This document shows positions 37,493-49,900 of a stretch of DNA of 64,000 nt, piece after piece. The notes under the pieces are model-generated. The model worked only from the letters and a program-made list of their open reading frames with translations. It did not search any database and was not told the origin of the DNA. Each line of letters opens with the position of its first letter. Within the stretch, counting starts at the first letter, position 1. The translations under genes were made by a program, and so were the position numbers. This DNA is from Takakia lepidozioides (lineage: Eukaryota > Plantae > Bryophyta), in contig CM060732.1 in NCBI GenBank assembly GCA_030704615.1, positions 38,626,001 through 38,690,000 on the forward strand. Reading direction: 5' to 3'.

Positions 37493-38404
37493 TTAAGGAG
37501 AACAACCTTAGTACACATAAACCTAAACCTTATGGGATTTTTTTTTAATTTTTTTTACGAGAAGGCCGATGGAAGGGCCGAAATTTATTAAAAAATAGCG
37601 AGGAAAAAATAACCTCGGAAAAAAAAAAAAAAAAAGTGACGCCTCCCGAATGGAGCGTAACTTATGGTATCACTTCACCACAAGGGCTATTGCCACTAGA
37701 TTTCCCACATATCCACATCAAGTGGCTGGATTTTCAAATTAAATGTCACATTTTAGTGATATTTTCCCATCGCTTTAGGGATTTAGCACCCTCTTAAAAA
37801 CATATTAAACCGGTAAGTGATACTAATATTTAACGCCGTCAAACATTGCCCAAATTTACACACCATATCTTGAAAAATACAAGCTACTTAAAATACTTAA
37901 GAATACTAACTAACTTTATAATTCTAGCCACCTAAATAAGTACATTAGTATTAGTATTAGTTAGTATTCCACATCACTTTGATAAGTTTGGATAAATTTT
38001 ACATGGACAAGGCGCTCTTAAAAAATGGTCGAAGAATTTTTTTTAAACCCCGGCCCCGGGTTGATAACAGTATGTTATCATCCATGTTTGATTGTTATTG
38101 ATATGTTGTCTAATAATTTTGATAATGGTCTTGATTGATAACCCCCGGTATGTAAAATCCTAAATAAATCTAGTATTGGTCTCCAGCGGGTATGTCCACA
38201 ACCTCACACCGCCAATACCCGGAACCAGCGGGTCTTACAAAGGATAATAACCCCCCCACACTGGTACACACCCTCATGGATCAGGGCGTAACTCCTTACC
38301 TACAATCATCCACAGATTTGAACCTTATAAATCCCTATGTAACTGCCCGGGACACCCCCCTGGGATTCAGGTCCATTCAGGTCGCGTGGTTGTTTAAGGG
38401 TTAA

Positions 38405-41400
38405 GAGAATGTTGGAGATGGCAGCTCCCCTCACAACCTTACTGTGAAACCCTACCACGAAGCATTAAGTTGGAGAATCACACACAAAAAGGCCCACCTA
38501 TCACTAGAATGACCAAGAAGCGCAGAATCCAACTTGTCCTAGACATTTATGATGGAATGAAGTATGACATGAAGGCAAACTTCTTTAAAATGAGGCATAA
38601 TTAAACAAGCCTCAAATGGCAATTGGCTCTCTTGCTTTGCTTTGGCACAACATAAGAGGAAGGTGAGACTAGGGAGCATGACTCAGCACAACACACCAAT
38701 CAGCGCCTTGACATGGTGTAAGGTACTTTGACCACATTTTCTCCATTGACTTGCATGTCTCCGCAAAGTCACTCTCTACAAGAGAGCCAACAAACATCAC
38801 TATGTGTACGAAACTATAAACATCTCCCAAGCCTTGTAATAAGTACATCATCATAGACACCCTATGTAAAGCCTACGTCTACACACTGGGCAGTTGGCAT
38901 TTTACTGAAGCCATGTGTCGATACAATCACTATGGGAAGTGTGGCCACAAACTAGAAGATTGCAAAAGAGCTCTACATGAACAAATGCCTCCAAGCAGCT
39001 AGGAGAGAAAATAAATTCTGGTCATCCAGTGAAATTCTGGAGAGAGTATTAATATTCAAAAGTACTTGATGTAGAGAAGAAATGGAGGCTGTGGCGGATT
39101 TTGTGGAGCATGAAGTACAACATACAACATGCTCTACACCTCTATTCACGAACGTTGTGGGATAATCAATCATCGGCCACATGGATAATAGCTGTGAGAA
39201 AACATTTGGTCAGCGAGCTCATATAGAAGATCCGAGTACTGCCAAAAGCATGTGCAGTTGAAAACGATTTCAAATAGTTATTCAAACTCTGAAGACAAGA
39301 TTGACACATATATTTCGGTCATATACATAAACTTTTATTTGCTCGCCAACAAACATATCAGGTGTATGCCAGCCATTGTCACACAGTGGGCCAGCCTCCA
39401 GTCAGACTGCACAATGTACAACGGCAGGCAGTTAGGCGAGTACGTGAAAGTCATGCATCTGCCCTGCTACTGGTGGCTGAACTTGTCACCCGATGTCATT
39501 CCTGATGAAGAAGTGGAACCTCAAGGACAAGAGGTACCGTGCGTGACAAACCATTCGCAAGGCACTGAAAGCGGGGGTCCAACCAACAACCATGCCACAC
39601 GGAATAACCAAGGTAAGACGTACTTCACTTTGTCATTGACGTCTTTGAATGCATGTTCATTGCGGTATGGAGTTCATTAACATTTATAGTGTCTTTGTTG
39701 GGGCTAGACAAGAATCTTGGGAGGCTCTCATTGCAGGGGAGAGGGAAGAGCTGAAGGCGGAGATCTTCGTGAGGGGCCGTGCGACAACTGCAGTGCGGAA
39801 TCAACACACAAGTGGGGCCCCGCGGAAGCAATAGTTTTGTCAGCCGATTCGTAAGTGTTCTTTCCCTTGCCATACCCATTTTTTTTTTTTAGCTTCTCCT
39901 TCCATTATGAATTCTAACCTGTCATTCCATTTGTATATCATGTGCAGTTTCAGAGGCCTCCCTCCGCCATCGAGCACCCACTTTGCAAGACTCAGGGGTG
40001 GAAGGCCCTCGTAGCATCAATGGCCAAGGCGCCCCAATTGACGGAGGATAGTGCATCTGTAGGGGTGGGGATGGTAGTTCAATGGCTCGGCCGGATGGGG
40101 GAGAGCTAGTAGTAGGGGGTGGTTCGAAGGATGATGTAATCTCGGACTCGGCCTCATCATCCTCTAAAGTGGAGGCCCAGCGTAGCTTGCATTCCTCGGA
40201 CGAGTACTCCTATGACTCAGGTGATGAGGAGTGAGGGATGGTTTCCAGCTAGAGACATGTATAGGTAGCACTCGCTTTATGTATATATTTTTTCAGTTGC
40301 CATTTCGATCCTCATTTTAACCTTAATGGACATGTGGATTTGGTGGGTCGACCTATAGATTAGAATTCATGCAATTCTTGCAAGCATGAAGCACACCCCG
40401 ACCCCCGAGAAACAAAAAACCCCACACCCAAACCCCAAAACCCCCCCCCCCCCCCAAAACCCCAAAAAAGAAACCCAAAACCCCACCCCAAATACCAGCT
40501 GGCTACCCTCTCTCCCGCCTCCCCCCCCTCCCTCCCCCCAGCGAGGCACTTGCAACGGTCCCTAGGGGCCCGCAACGTGCTAGCAATTCCCGGGCGTCGC
40601 AACATAACCACCCCATCATGGAGCAAGCAATGCCGCACAGGGGCTGCGACGTTTGGCGACTCCCGGGAGTCGCATAAGAATGCACCAACCCCTGGAGCTA
40701 GCGACGGCCCCCGGTGGCTGCGACGCCCGTGTGACTCCCAAGCGTCGCTAGTGAACCTCCCTACCTATGGGGGACTAGCGACGCCCCCAGATGTCAGCGA
40801 CGACATTGTGATTCTCGGGCGTCGCCAGGCCCCCATGCAGTTGAGCCCCCGTTTGCGATGTCCCGGCGACGCAGGGTGTGGGCATTCCTGTGCGACGTGA
40901 AGGCAACTTCGGCGCGTTGCTATATTTGGAGATGGGCAACGTCAATGTGACTTCCCCACGATGTCGCGCACCTCCCTTCGGTAAGCTCCCCCTCAAGTCA
41001 TAGTTACTCGCTTTGATGCGCGCGCCTAACTCCCAACCTGGCCGCGGGCCAACTTGGAGCTTCGGTTGCTCACCGGGGCATAACGGTCCCCCTTTGTTCT
41101 CCCAAAGAACCCTCCACCGCTTTGGAACCAGCGGGAATTCCCTTTTGTAGTTGGCAGTCCGGAACAGCTCCCCACTCTTTGGTCGCTTTCCGGCTCGCTC
41201 GCTTACTCACTAGTTTTTGGTCACCAACGGGCTTGCACCATTCTCGGGGTTACTACTCCCTATATATACTTCTGTAGCTGTCCGCGGGGGTTTCACAACC
41301 AGCCATGCCATTTTATGGCGAACCACCACGAAGACCCTCGATTCCCGGTGGTGAGTCGCAGTGAGTCTTGGCCCACTCACCGCGGCCCCAATGGACCGTG

Positions 41401-42005
41401 ATGAGTCCCAAGACTCCCCACGACCCACCTCGAGGTCTCCACCCCATGGTGAGTCCTATGCCACCCCCACTAAGTCCCGCTAAGCTACCACCACCCCTTG
41501 TGGAGCCACCCCCACCGCAACCCGGTGTGCGGGGCTCCACTTAGTGAGCGCCTCCGCCTCCTTGAGTGCCTTGGGCACTCAAGGGTGCTTCAGCCCCGTA
41601 CCTATCGCTGCTACTGCCCCCACCACAGGGGCAGCCCCTCTTGTGTCCCGACCCCCCCTGCCCTCAAGGCAAAGGGCCGCGACACACGATGCAGAGGGAG
41701 GGATGGACCCCCTCCCCCCCTGTGTTGCGATTCCTGGGAGTCACACTATTGCGACACCCTGGAGGGGTGGCGACATCCCGCCGTCGCAGGTCGTGGCTAG
41801 GGGGTCCTGGGGGATTAGCGATTCCTTGCGGTCGCTAAATTGCGACATTCCGGGAGCAACGTCCGACCAATATCGGTGCGACTTCGTGACATCGCAATTT
41901 GCCCTGGGCGCCGTAGAGTATTTCCGTCACTAAGCGCGGCGTTTGGAGGTTGATGAGGCATCGCTAAAAACACAACCCCTCCCCCCCCCCCCAAACGTAG
42001 TAGTG
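38405..42005 (+). mobile_element. Truncated CACTA (En/Spm) element: right end plus degenerate TnpA-like exons
   Basis: Terminus GTAGTAGTG at 42005 (reverse complement CACTACTAC). At least 18 GCGAC/GTCGC subterminal motifs in both orientations at about 40590-41890. Spliced-looking remnants at about 39360-39850 (QESWEALI...HKWGPRG). Left end not found. Confidence 0.55.
40962..41684 (-). mobile_element. Solo LTR of the same Ty3 family
   Basis: Homologous to the two LTRs; TG..CA; perfect 5-bp TSD CACGA (40957-40961, 41685-41689). Confidence 0.95.
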
Positions 42006-42049
42006 CGGCACCCACCTTAGTGGCATATCCAAGCTCCTCATGAGGCAAG

Positions 42050-42490
42050 TGAGCTATTGAACCTGAGAACTTGGAATAGTTCTTGCTCACCATGGATGCT
42101 AATCGTTGTCGCTTAAGAGAGACTGCAAAATCTAACATTGTGTTGGCTCATGCTTCTCAGGCAAAGAATTACAATAGAAGGGTGATGTATTTAGAATCTT
42201 TAAAGTAGGACAATCTGTTTGTGTGAGGTTGCAGCCTGGTAAACAGATCTCTAAGGCCAAAAAAAGGATTGATATCCCTTATTTCATATCCGAGATCCTT
42301 CCTGGTAGACAATATTCTTTGCTCCCTCAACATGCTTCTACACCTGCTCTTGCTAGTACTGTGCATGTTTCCTTACTGGTTCCTTGTACACTAACATTTG
42401 ATCTAACCTACTTGAATGTTGAGAACCGCCAGGTGATCCTCACTCCTACAAGGGCAGCTCGCAATCAGCACATGGATGCATCTGCTGTAG
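42050..42490 (+). mobile_element. Highly degraded Ty3 integrase C-terminal fragment
   Basis: QSVCVRLQPGKQ.S..K...HVSLL resembles the GPY/F region; weak signal. Confidence 0.35.
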
Positions 42491-43986
42491 AATAGTTTTT
42501 TTGAATTTCCTGATAGTTTTTTTACACCGTTTGTAGCAATTGGGGTTTTTCCTAAGGGATGTTTTGCCCTTCGCCCAAATTGCAGGGCAAGGTTTTCTTC
42601 TCCTAGGTTTTTCATCCCTCTTGCATCGGGTGTATAGTTTGTTTAGGCTAGTATCTTCACTCGTTCCTTCCCCGGCTCCTTGCTCGTAGGAGCTTGCAAG
42701 TTTTAGAGGCCCCAACATGCTTCACATATGTGGAGGTGGGATTCCTCCTCACCTGATTATTCAGCCTGGATGAACGGATGAACGGATGTAGCTTGGATGA
42801 TCTTACACTTTATATAATGAGGATGAGCTGGACACAACTTAGGGTTTAGATATAGATCTGTCTTATTCTAACAGCTAGTTTAGGATCAGATTAGGATGGA
42901 ACTAGATGATGTGGCTTCTTTCTATGGTTATGCTGGAACGACATCTGGCTACCCTGTGTGTATGCGCCATGTGGCCCTGGGATTAGATTACCCCCTAATA
43001 CTATTTAAACAGGAGTGCCGTGGCAAACCAGGATCTCAACAGGTGTGGCGTTGGCTGGTGTACTTGAGTGCTTGCATGAATGTGGTGTTGAGGCAGTGGA
43101 TGTTAGAGTTCATTGTGTCCGTCCTCTTGGCCAGGCATGCTTTGTAGACTACATTCCCGCTTTCTCAATCTAAGCCGGTGGAGGAAGGGGAATAACCCCC
43201 TGGCGCGCCGGAATCGTGCTTCACACTCCCCTTTTATTTAAAAAAATAAAAATTTAATTTAAAGGAAAAAGATCTACATGCAGCAATGTCTCTGGTGGAA
43301 ATAAAACTCTGTATGTCATAGATTCCAGTCATCACATGGTTCAGAATAAGAAAATGCATACCAGCAGCAATACTACACTGCCACAGTTTTTAAACTGCCC
43401 AGATCCATCCAACCACAATGTAAGTCCTATTCAACAACTACTTCCATGTAGTGGCGCGGTCCAGTGTGGATGCGGTACATGTCTGTCTAAGTGGCGACAC
43501 GTGCTGTGGCACGGCTCCGCCATGTGGGTACCTAAAAACATTGAAGAGCCTGATGAAGTTGCACTCCCTGGTCAAAAGTCAATGTCCGGTCAAGGTGTAA
43601 GTCTCCGCTTGCTTAGGGAGGATTGTTTCATTTTTCCCTTGAACATAGCAGAAGCTCAGATCTGGACTCCTTGCATACGTGGATGTGGAGGATGGCTGTT
43701 CAGAATAGCATAGGGAGACAGAGGTGTAGCTGGGGTTTATAAAGGGAGTTGTTCAAATCTTTGTAGAGGAAGTAAGATGCAAGATTCTAAGTGAATCTCA
43801 AATCCAGGACAAAGCATGACAAAATATAACACTTGTACAGCCTGAAGCTGCAAAACGTCACAGGGACATTCCAGTTGCCCCAGATAGCTCAACATAGTGA
43901 CAGCCACCCAATAGCCTGATAGTGGAGAAATTTTTGCCAGATTACGAGAGAATCTTCAGCACTTCATGCACAAGCATGGTGCCCAC

Positions 43987-46900
43987 TCATCGGTAGTAAG
44001 AGCCGATGAAGAAGAGTAGTGCTGATGAAACGAGAGTGACAAATAGCTCCTGAAAAACAACAAGAAGCAAGTGATAATGTCATGAAACCATGTGAATGAT
44101 GTTACATTCTGTGCTTCCATCAAGAGATCTTGGCCTTGCATCAATCAAGTACATCAGAACAAATCAATTTTGATACTGCAGTACACAATGTCGAACTTCA
44201 TTACAAATCCCTTTTGAGCGAAGATCATCTGGAAATTGGTCTTTGCACTGACATTAGGAATAAAAGTTGCAGATTCCACGGTCAACTACTTCCACAAACA
44301 CTTACCGTGATCAAGTCACTATACTTTACACTTTGTGAGTCATTATGGCAATGATTCAACCTGGTTGACAGGCCCAGGCTAGGCCATGTGAATGTGACTA
44401 CCATGTTTGAATCCTTGAAGTCAACAGCTACCTGCAATTATGTCCTGGACATTGTAATGAGCTGACTTCCAATGATCACTGTACTCTATATTTCTCTCAT
44501 GTTGATTCTTTCTTTAGACACAATCCACAAGGCTACAGCAAGCAATGTCTTATGAGTACATTTGTTTTTCTTTAGACGGACTAAACCCTAGATTCACATC
44601 TGTGCTGTTAGCAGGACTGTTACTTACTTGGCTGTTTATGAATGAACGAGGGATATTTTGCCCTAGAAGCTCAAACATATTAAGTGTACCAGTGAATGCC
44701 TGCAGAGCACAACCAGAAACCAACCATCAACTTGACAAGAAGAGAGCAGATGGACAACAGTGGATAGACTTAGAAGATGTCGAAGATTCAAAACCATCAC
44801 TCATTTTAGCTGTTGGCAGCGCAGAATATTCAGAGACTAATAGCAGGGGACAGAGACACACCAGCGAGGCAAATGCAACACAGCTAAACACTAGACCAAG
44901 TGTCCGTAGCAGCCGCTTTCCATTTCTGCTCCTCCTACTTTGGTCCTCATCTTCCTGCTCTCACAAACAGCCAGTGTCAAAGCATGTTTCAATCTAGACA
45001 GCCCTTGAACGAAAGTAATACACTTCCACTCCTTCCTCTCTCTCTTTAATACTCCGGTCTCTATGTTTCTCTTGATGGATAGCAGCTAGGTGAAGCCAGA
45101 GAAGACTACTATTCCTCACTAACCACTAATAATTGGTTGTGGCTCTGACAGGGATAGGAGCAGGTGAGGCTTCAACTTTGCCTTAATAGCAAGGGGTGGT
45201 TGCGGTCTAAGTGACTTTCTTCTGCCAAACCTATGAATGATGTATGGTTGTTTCAGCATGGAATTGCACATTTCGTTAAGGATGATCTTTCAGTATGCTG
45301 CTTGAAAAATTCTAAGCTATGAATTTATGATAGCTCTTAAATATACACATCGCTTAGGCTCTGCGTTGGATAGTATCCAATCTGATAGTCTAGTGTATCA
45401 AGTGCTTGATGATCAAAATGATTTCCTCTGGCAATTGCAACTAAAAGTGCCTTAATTTCTACTTCCCACCCTGACTAGTAGTAGCTGAAAATGAAAGAGA
45501 CTGAAGTATGATGGGGCCTCCTCTAGGCGGATGATGTCATTAAATTTCTTGTCTGATTCCGTTTGAATCACTCATCCCCTGTCTCTTGTCTAACTCCGTA
45601 TGAATCAGTCAAACCCCGTCTTCACAGGACAGTAGTGACCTCTCTCTCTCTCTCTCTAGACTAGTAGTGACTCTCTCTCTCTCCATACCAGCCCTTATGT
45701 TTGCGGATGACTTCACAGGCATAGGGGAGACTCCAATCAATCTCCAGGAGTTGATTGATTGTGCGAAGAGATACTTTGATCTTTGGGGGCTAGAGGCTAA
45801 CGTCAGCAAATGTGCAGTGGTAGCATTCAACGACAGAGGAGAGGGAGGAAGTGATCTCAAGTGGCAGTGGGGTAGCCAAGAGATCCCAGTCCTCCCTTCC
45901 TACACTTACCTGTTTTCCTCCAATTGTAATTGGGATACACATATCCGGAAAGTTGTTCAGACTGGCAAGGGCAAAGCTCTGGGTCTCACTAGATTTTTCC
46001 ACTGCAGAGGGGTCAACTCTGAGGTTAAGAAAACCATGCTTTGTCGCGTTATTAGACCTGCCTTGGAGTACGGATCTGCAATATGGGTTGATAACTCCAA
46101 CCAGGCTAAGTCTCTAGAATCCATTCAAGTGGGGGTGCTTAAGGAGTGCATGTCAGCATGCTCCAAAACAGCCAATGTGGCTGTTCGGGGTGAGTTTGGC
46201 ATCCCGTCCTGAAGCTCCTGACGCGATGAATTCAAGGTCAGATGGTGGGGTCAGCTGCAACATATGTCCAACACCAGATATCCTAAGTTAATCGACTCTA
46301 CATCTTGGAAACAGGACCGCCCTGTCAAACAGGCTAAGTCCTGGCAGAAGAGAGTAGAAGAGATTCTCAAGGACCTGGATCTGGATCCGCAAGTCTTGAC
46401 CCTGCTGGATAAATCTGACTTCGAGGCTGTAGTGTCCAAAGCCATGTCTGTTGCCATGAAATTGTCTGATGAAAATGAAGTTAGGCAGAAAACTTCCCTA
46501 ACTTGTTTCCAGTCTGTGACATGGGGGAGGACATCTTGGATGACCTCAAGGGTCTACCCACTCTCGGCACTAGACTGAAATTTAAACTCAGTGCAGGAAG
46601 CCTACCTTTGAACAGCAAACAGAAGCAGAGAGGAAAGGGAGAGTGCAATTGCCCGTTGTGTGGGCAACCTGAAGACAATATTCATTTTCTGATACACCGT
46701 CCGGGGTTCTCTCACCAAAGAGACGATCTCTTCAAATCTATCAAGGGAATTGTGCCTGTACCTCTGTTTACCAACTTTGAAAGTCTCGAGGCTGAGCCAA
46801 AAGCCCAGGCCCTTCTGAGGCCTAGTTTTTGGGCAAATCACACACAGTATATTGATGGTTGTGTGAAGGGGTTTCTAGAGGATATCTGGAAAACCCGGAT

Positions 46901-49900
46901 CAATTTTTTGTATCAAGGTAAGTCTTACTACCAACGTCAGCCCCTGACAGAGGTAGGTTCTGTCCCTTTGTGTTCCGCTCAAACTGGGCCCGGGGTCAAT
47001 GGCCACAAGGCTACGGCGAACAACGTCTTATGAGTACATTCTCTAGACTAGATCTCCCTGCCCTCTAGGAAGCCTATTGCCATTGGGTGGACTTGATACG
47101 GGAGTACATAAATGTCTCTGTATAGGCTTGGATTATGTGGCTAATGGCTCCATCTCGAGACTTGGTAACAGAGGTACTTTGAAGGTTTCAATGTCTAAAA
47201 ATGCTACAAATAGAGTCTCACATCATATCAACCTCAAAGAAGTTCGTCCCTTGACTGGCTGGAGAGCGGTCTTAGACATTGGTGATTCAATGAGGCGCTC
47301 TAGGAAGACAACCAAGGGCGAGGTCTTCAACTTGAAAGTTTCTAACCAGTTTGATGCACTGGATGAGGTTGATTCCAAGCAGTCAGACAGCCTGAGCGTC
47401 GGGTGACTGAAGGATTTGGTACTCTGAATGGTTTACCAATCCTTAAAGTTTAAACAAGACGAGCAAAATCTACACATGGGGTGATTGTCCCCACTTTGCA
47501 GAACGGTTGGCCGTCCAAGAACAACCATAAGGTACCTAGACGGCAAACAATCCATATGCAAAGGGCTGGCTCGCGGCTGGGCACTTTCAACTTCTCTGGG
47601 CTGACTAACCAAAGGAAACAATTTGAAGTGGGACAAGTTCTTCAGGCAAATGGTATTCATATCTGTGCAGGGCAAGAGACATGGGAAACTTCGGACAAAC
47701 CGGTTGGAGATGTCATTGGTTAGAGGTGGTTCGGTAAGATGTGTGCTCTTAAAAGGGGTTAGCTTCTTTGTCCGTGATTTCTTGGGTGACAACTGTGAAA
47801 TTATCAACAAGGGTTTGCAGTATGAGCACAGTATCTGGCTGAAAGTGAAATTGAAGGGCGGCGTGAATAAAAAGGACCTCTTTGTGGGTTGTGTTTACAT
47901 GCCCACAGAGGAGACCCTTAGTGCTGACGCAAACAAAGCCTTTGAAGACTAAAGCTGGACAGTGTTGTGTTCCTCGCAGGTGGTCTTATTGGGTGACATC
48001 AATGCCCGGGTGGGCAAAGGTCTTCACCAGGATGATACCATTGGGCCTTTTGGTGAGGACAAGCTGAATTGCAATGGAAGACGGTTAATAAACTGTCTGG
48101 AAGAACTTCAGCTTTTGACCTTGAATAATAGGTCAAAAGAAGACCAAGTGCAGTGGACTCGTGAGAAAGCCCAAACTGCCGAACGATCCATTGCGAATTA
48201 TATCATAATGGACAAGAATTTGTTTCCCTAGTGTGCCAATGTGTTGATTGACAGAACTGATATCGGTACCTCTGACCATTTGCTGGTTTGGACTGAGATC
48301 AAAAGGTGTTTTCCCAACACCAAGAGATCTGTGAAACGTTCGATTCGGAAGTGGCGCATAGAAAAATTCCAAAATGAAGAGGTCAAGGCTGAGTATGTCC
48401 AGGCCTTGCAAGAGGCTCTCCCTCACTTTGTCCATTCACTCCAAGGTTTTCTCGCTCTGGCAATGCAAGAAATGAAGTTGAAAGAGCAGTGGATTCTTGA
48501 GAGGTTTCGTCTCCTCTGTGGCTGACAAGATCGTTGGGAGGAAACTAATTGTCTGCGGTAGAGCTGTTCATTGGTGGACCAATGAGATCAAACTCAAGAT
48601 AGCCGAGAGACGAGTCGTCTATAAAGAGTGCTGCAATTTGAAAGCCAACAAAGAAATGTGGACTAGGTACTACCAGATCCGCAAATATATCAATCAGCTT
48701 GTAAGGTCTCAGAAGAAATTATATTGGGACAAGTTATATAGTGAAATAAACTCAAACACTATGCTGGTAATGACAAGAGCTGGTTGGCCCTTCAATGTCT
48801 GTACAAGCCGAAAAATTGTCAGCAAGTACAAGCGCTGAGGACTACTAAGGGTGCAGTGGTGACTTCAATGGTTGACATTGTCAAAACCTTTGAAACCCAC
48901 TACAGTATCCTTGGCAGAATTTCTAGGTCTAACAGTGAGGGATCTTCTGAAGAATGGAAGGACACAGTTGGAAAAACTGTTCCTATGATTCAAGACAGCC
49001 CTGATGAACTGGAGTATATTTCAAAGGCTTACAACGCTCCCATTAGTTCTTCGGAGATTATGGAAGCAATTGAACATTTAAACGGATGTAAAGCTGGTGG
49101 ACCTGATGGCATAGTCAACGAGCTTATCAAGCATGGTGGCGACCCCATGATAGAGGCCCTTGTACTTCTCTTTAACCTTATCTGGAGGACTGAAATGATC
49201 CCTTTTCGCTGGCGACAGGGGGTCATTGTCAACCTATACAAGAAAGGTGACAAAAAAGAGCCGGGGAACTACCGAGGCATCACGCTACTCAATGCAGTTG
49301 GCAAGATATTTTGCAGAGTTAAAAATACTCGTCTCGAGGTTGATTTGGAATCTAGAGGTTGTTTCCACGTAGGCCAAGCTGGCTTTCGGAGAAACTGGGT
49401 GTGGATCATATCTTCACTCTAACCCAGATAATCCAGGGAAGGGAAAAAGAAGGGAAACTCACTTTTGTCTTTCTCTTGGATGTCAAAAAGGCCTATGACA
49501 CAGTGTGGAGATATGGTCTATGGCTCGGACTCTGGTCATGTGTCAAGGGAAAGATGTGGAGAGTGGTCCATAACTTGTATGCTCACACCAAAAGTTGTGT
49601 CACTGTTAATGGACAGAAGTCTAACTTCTTTGACATAGACCAAGGTGTAGCTCAAGGATGTACCCTCTCGCCTCTGTTCTTCAATGTTTTCATCAATCAA
49701 CTCCTTGAGGATGTGGAAAGCGAGGGATTTGGGTTAAGGGTGGGTGATGCCACCATACCAGCCCTTATGTTTGCGGATGACTTCGCAAGCATAGGGGAGA
49801 CTCCATCCAATCTTCAGGAGTTGATTAATTGTGCAAAGAGATACTTTTTGGGGGGCTGTAGGCTAAGGTCAGTAAGTGCAGTGGTAGCATTCAACGACCG

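Noticed and set aside
40400-40540. C4A4-like telomeric repeat
   Set aside because: Irregular homopolymer-rich low-complexity tract inside the CACTA relic; no regular unit.
40590-41890. LTR ends (TGTCGC/GCGACA) matching the CACTA GCGAC repeats as targeted insertion
   Set aside because: A 5-bp motif; the other insertion site lacks it, so probably chance.
43400-43700. Additional CJD1 exon (PSSTSTYARSP...)
   Set aside because: It lies downstream of the SYYR* stop that matches the family C-terminus; likely 3' UTR or intergenic.
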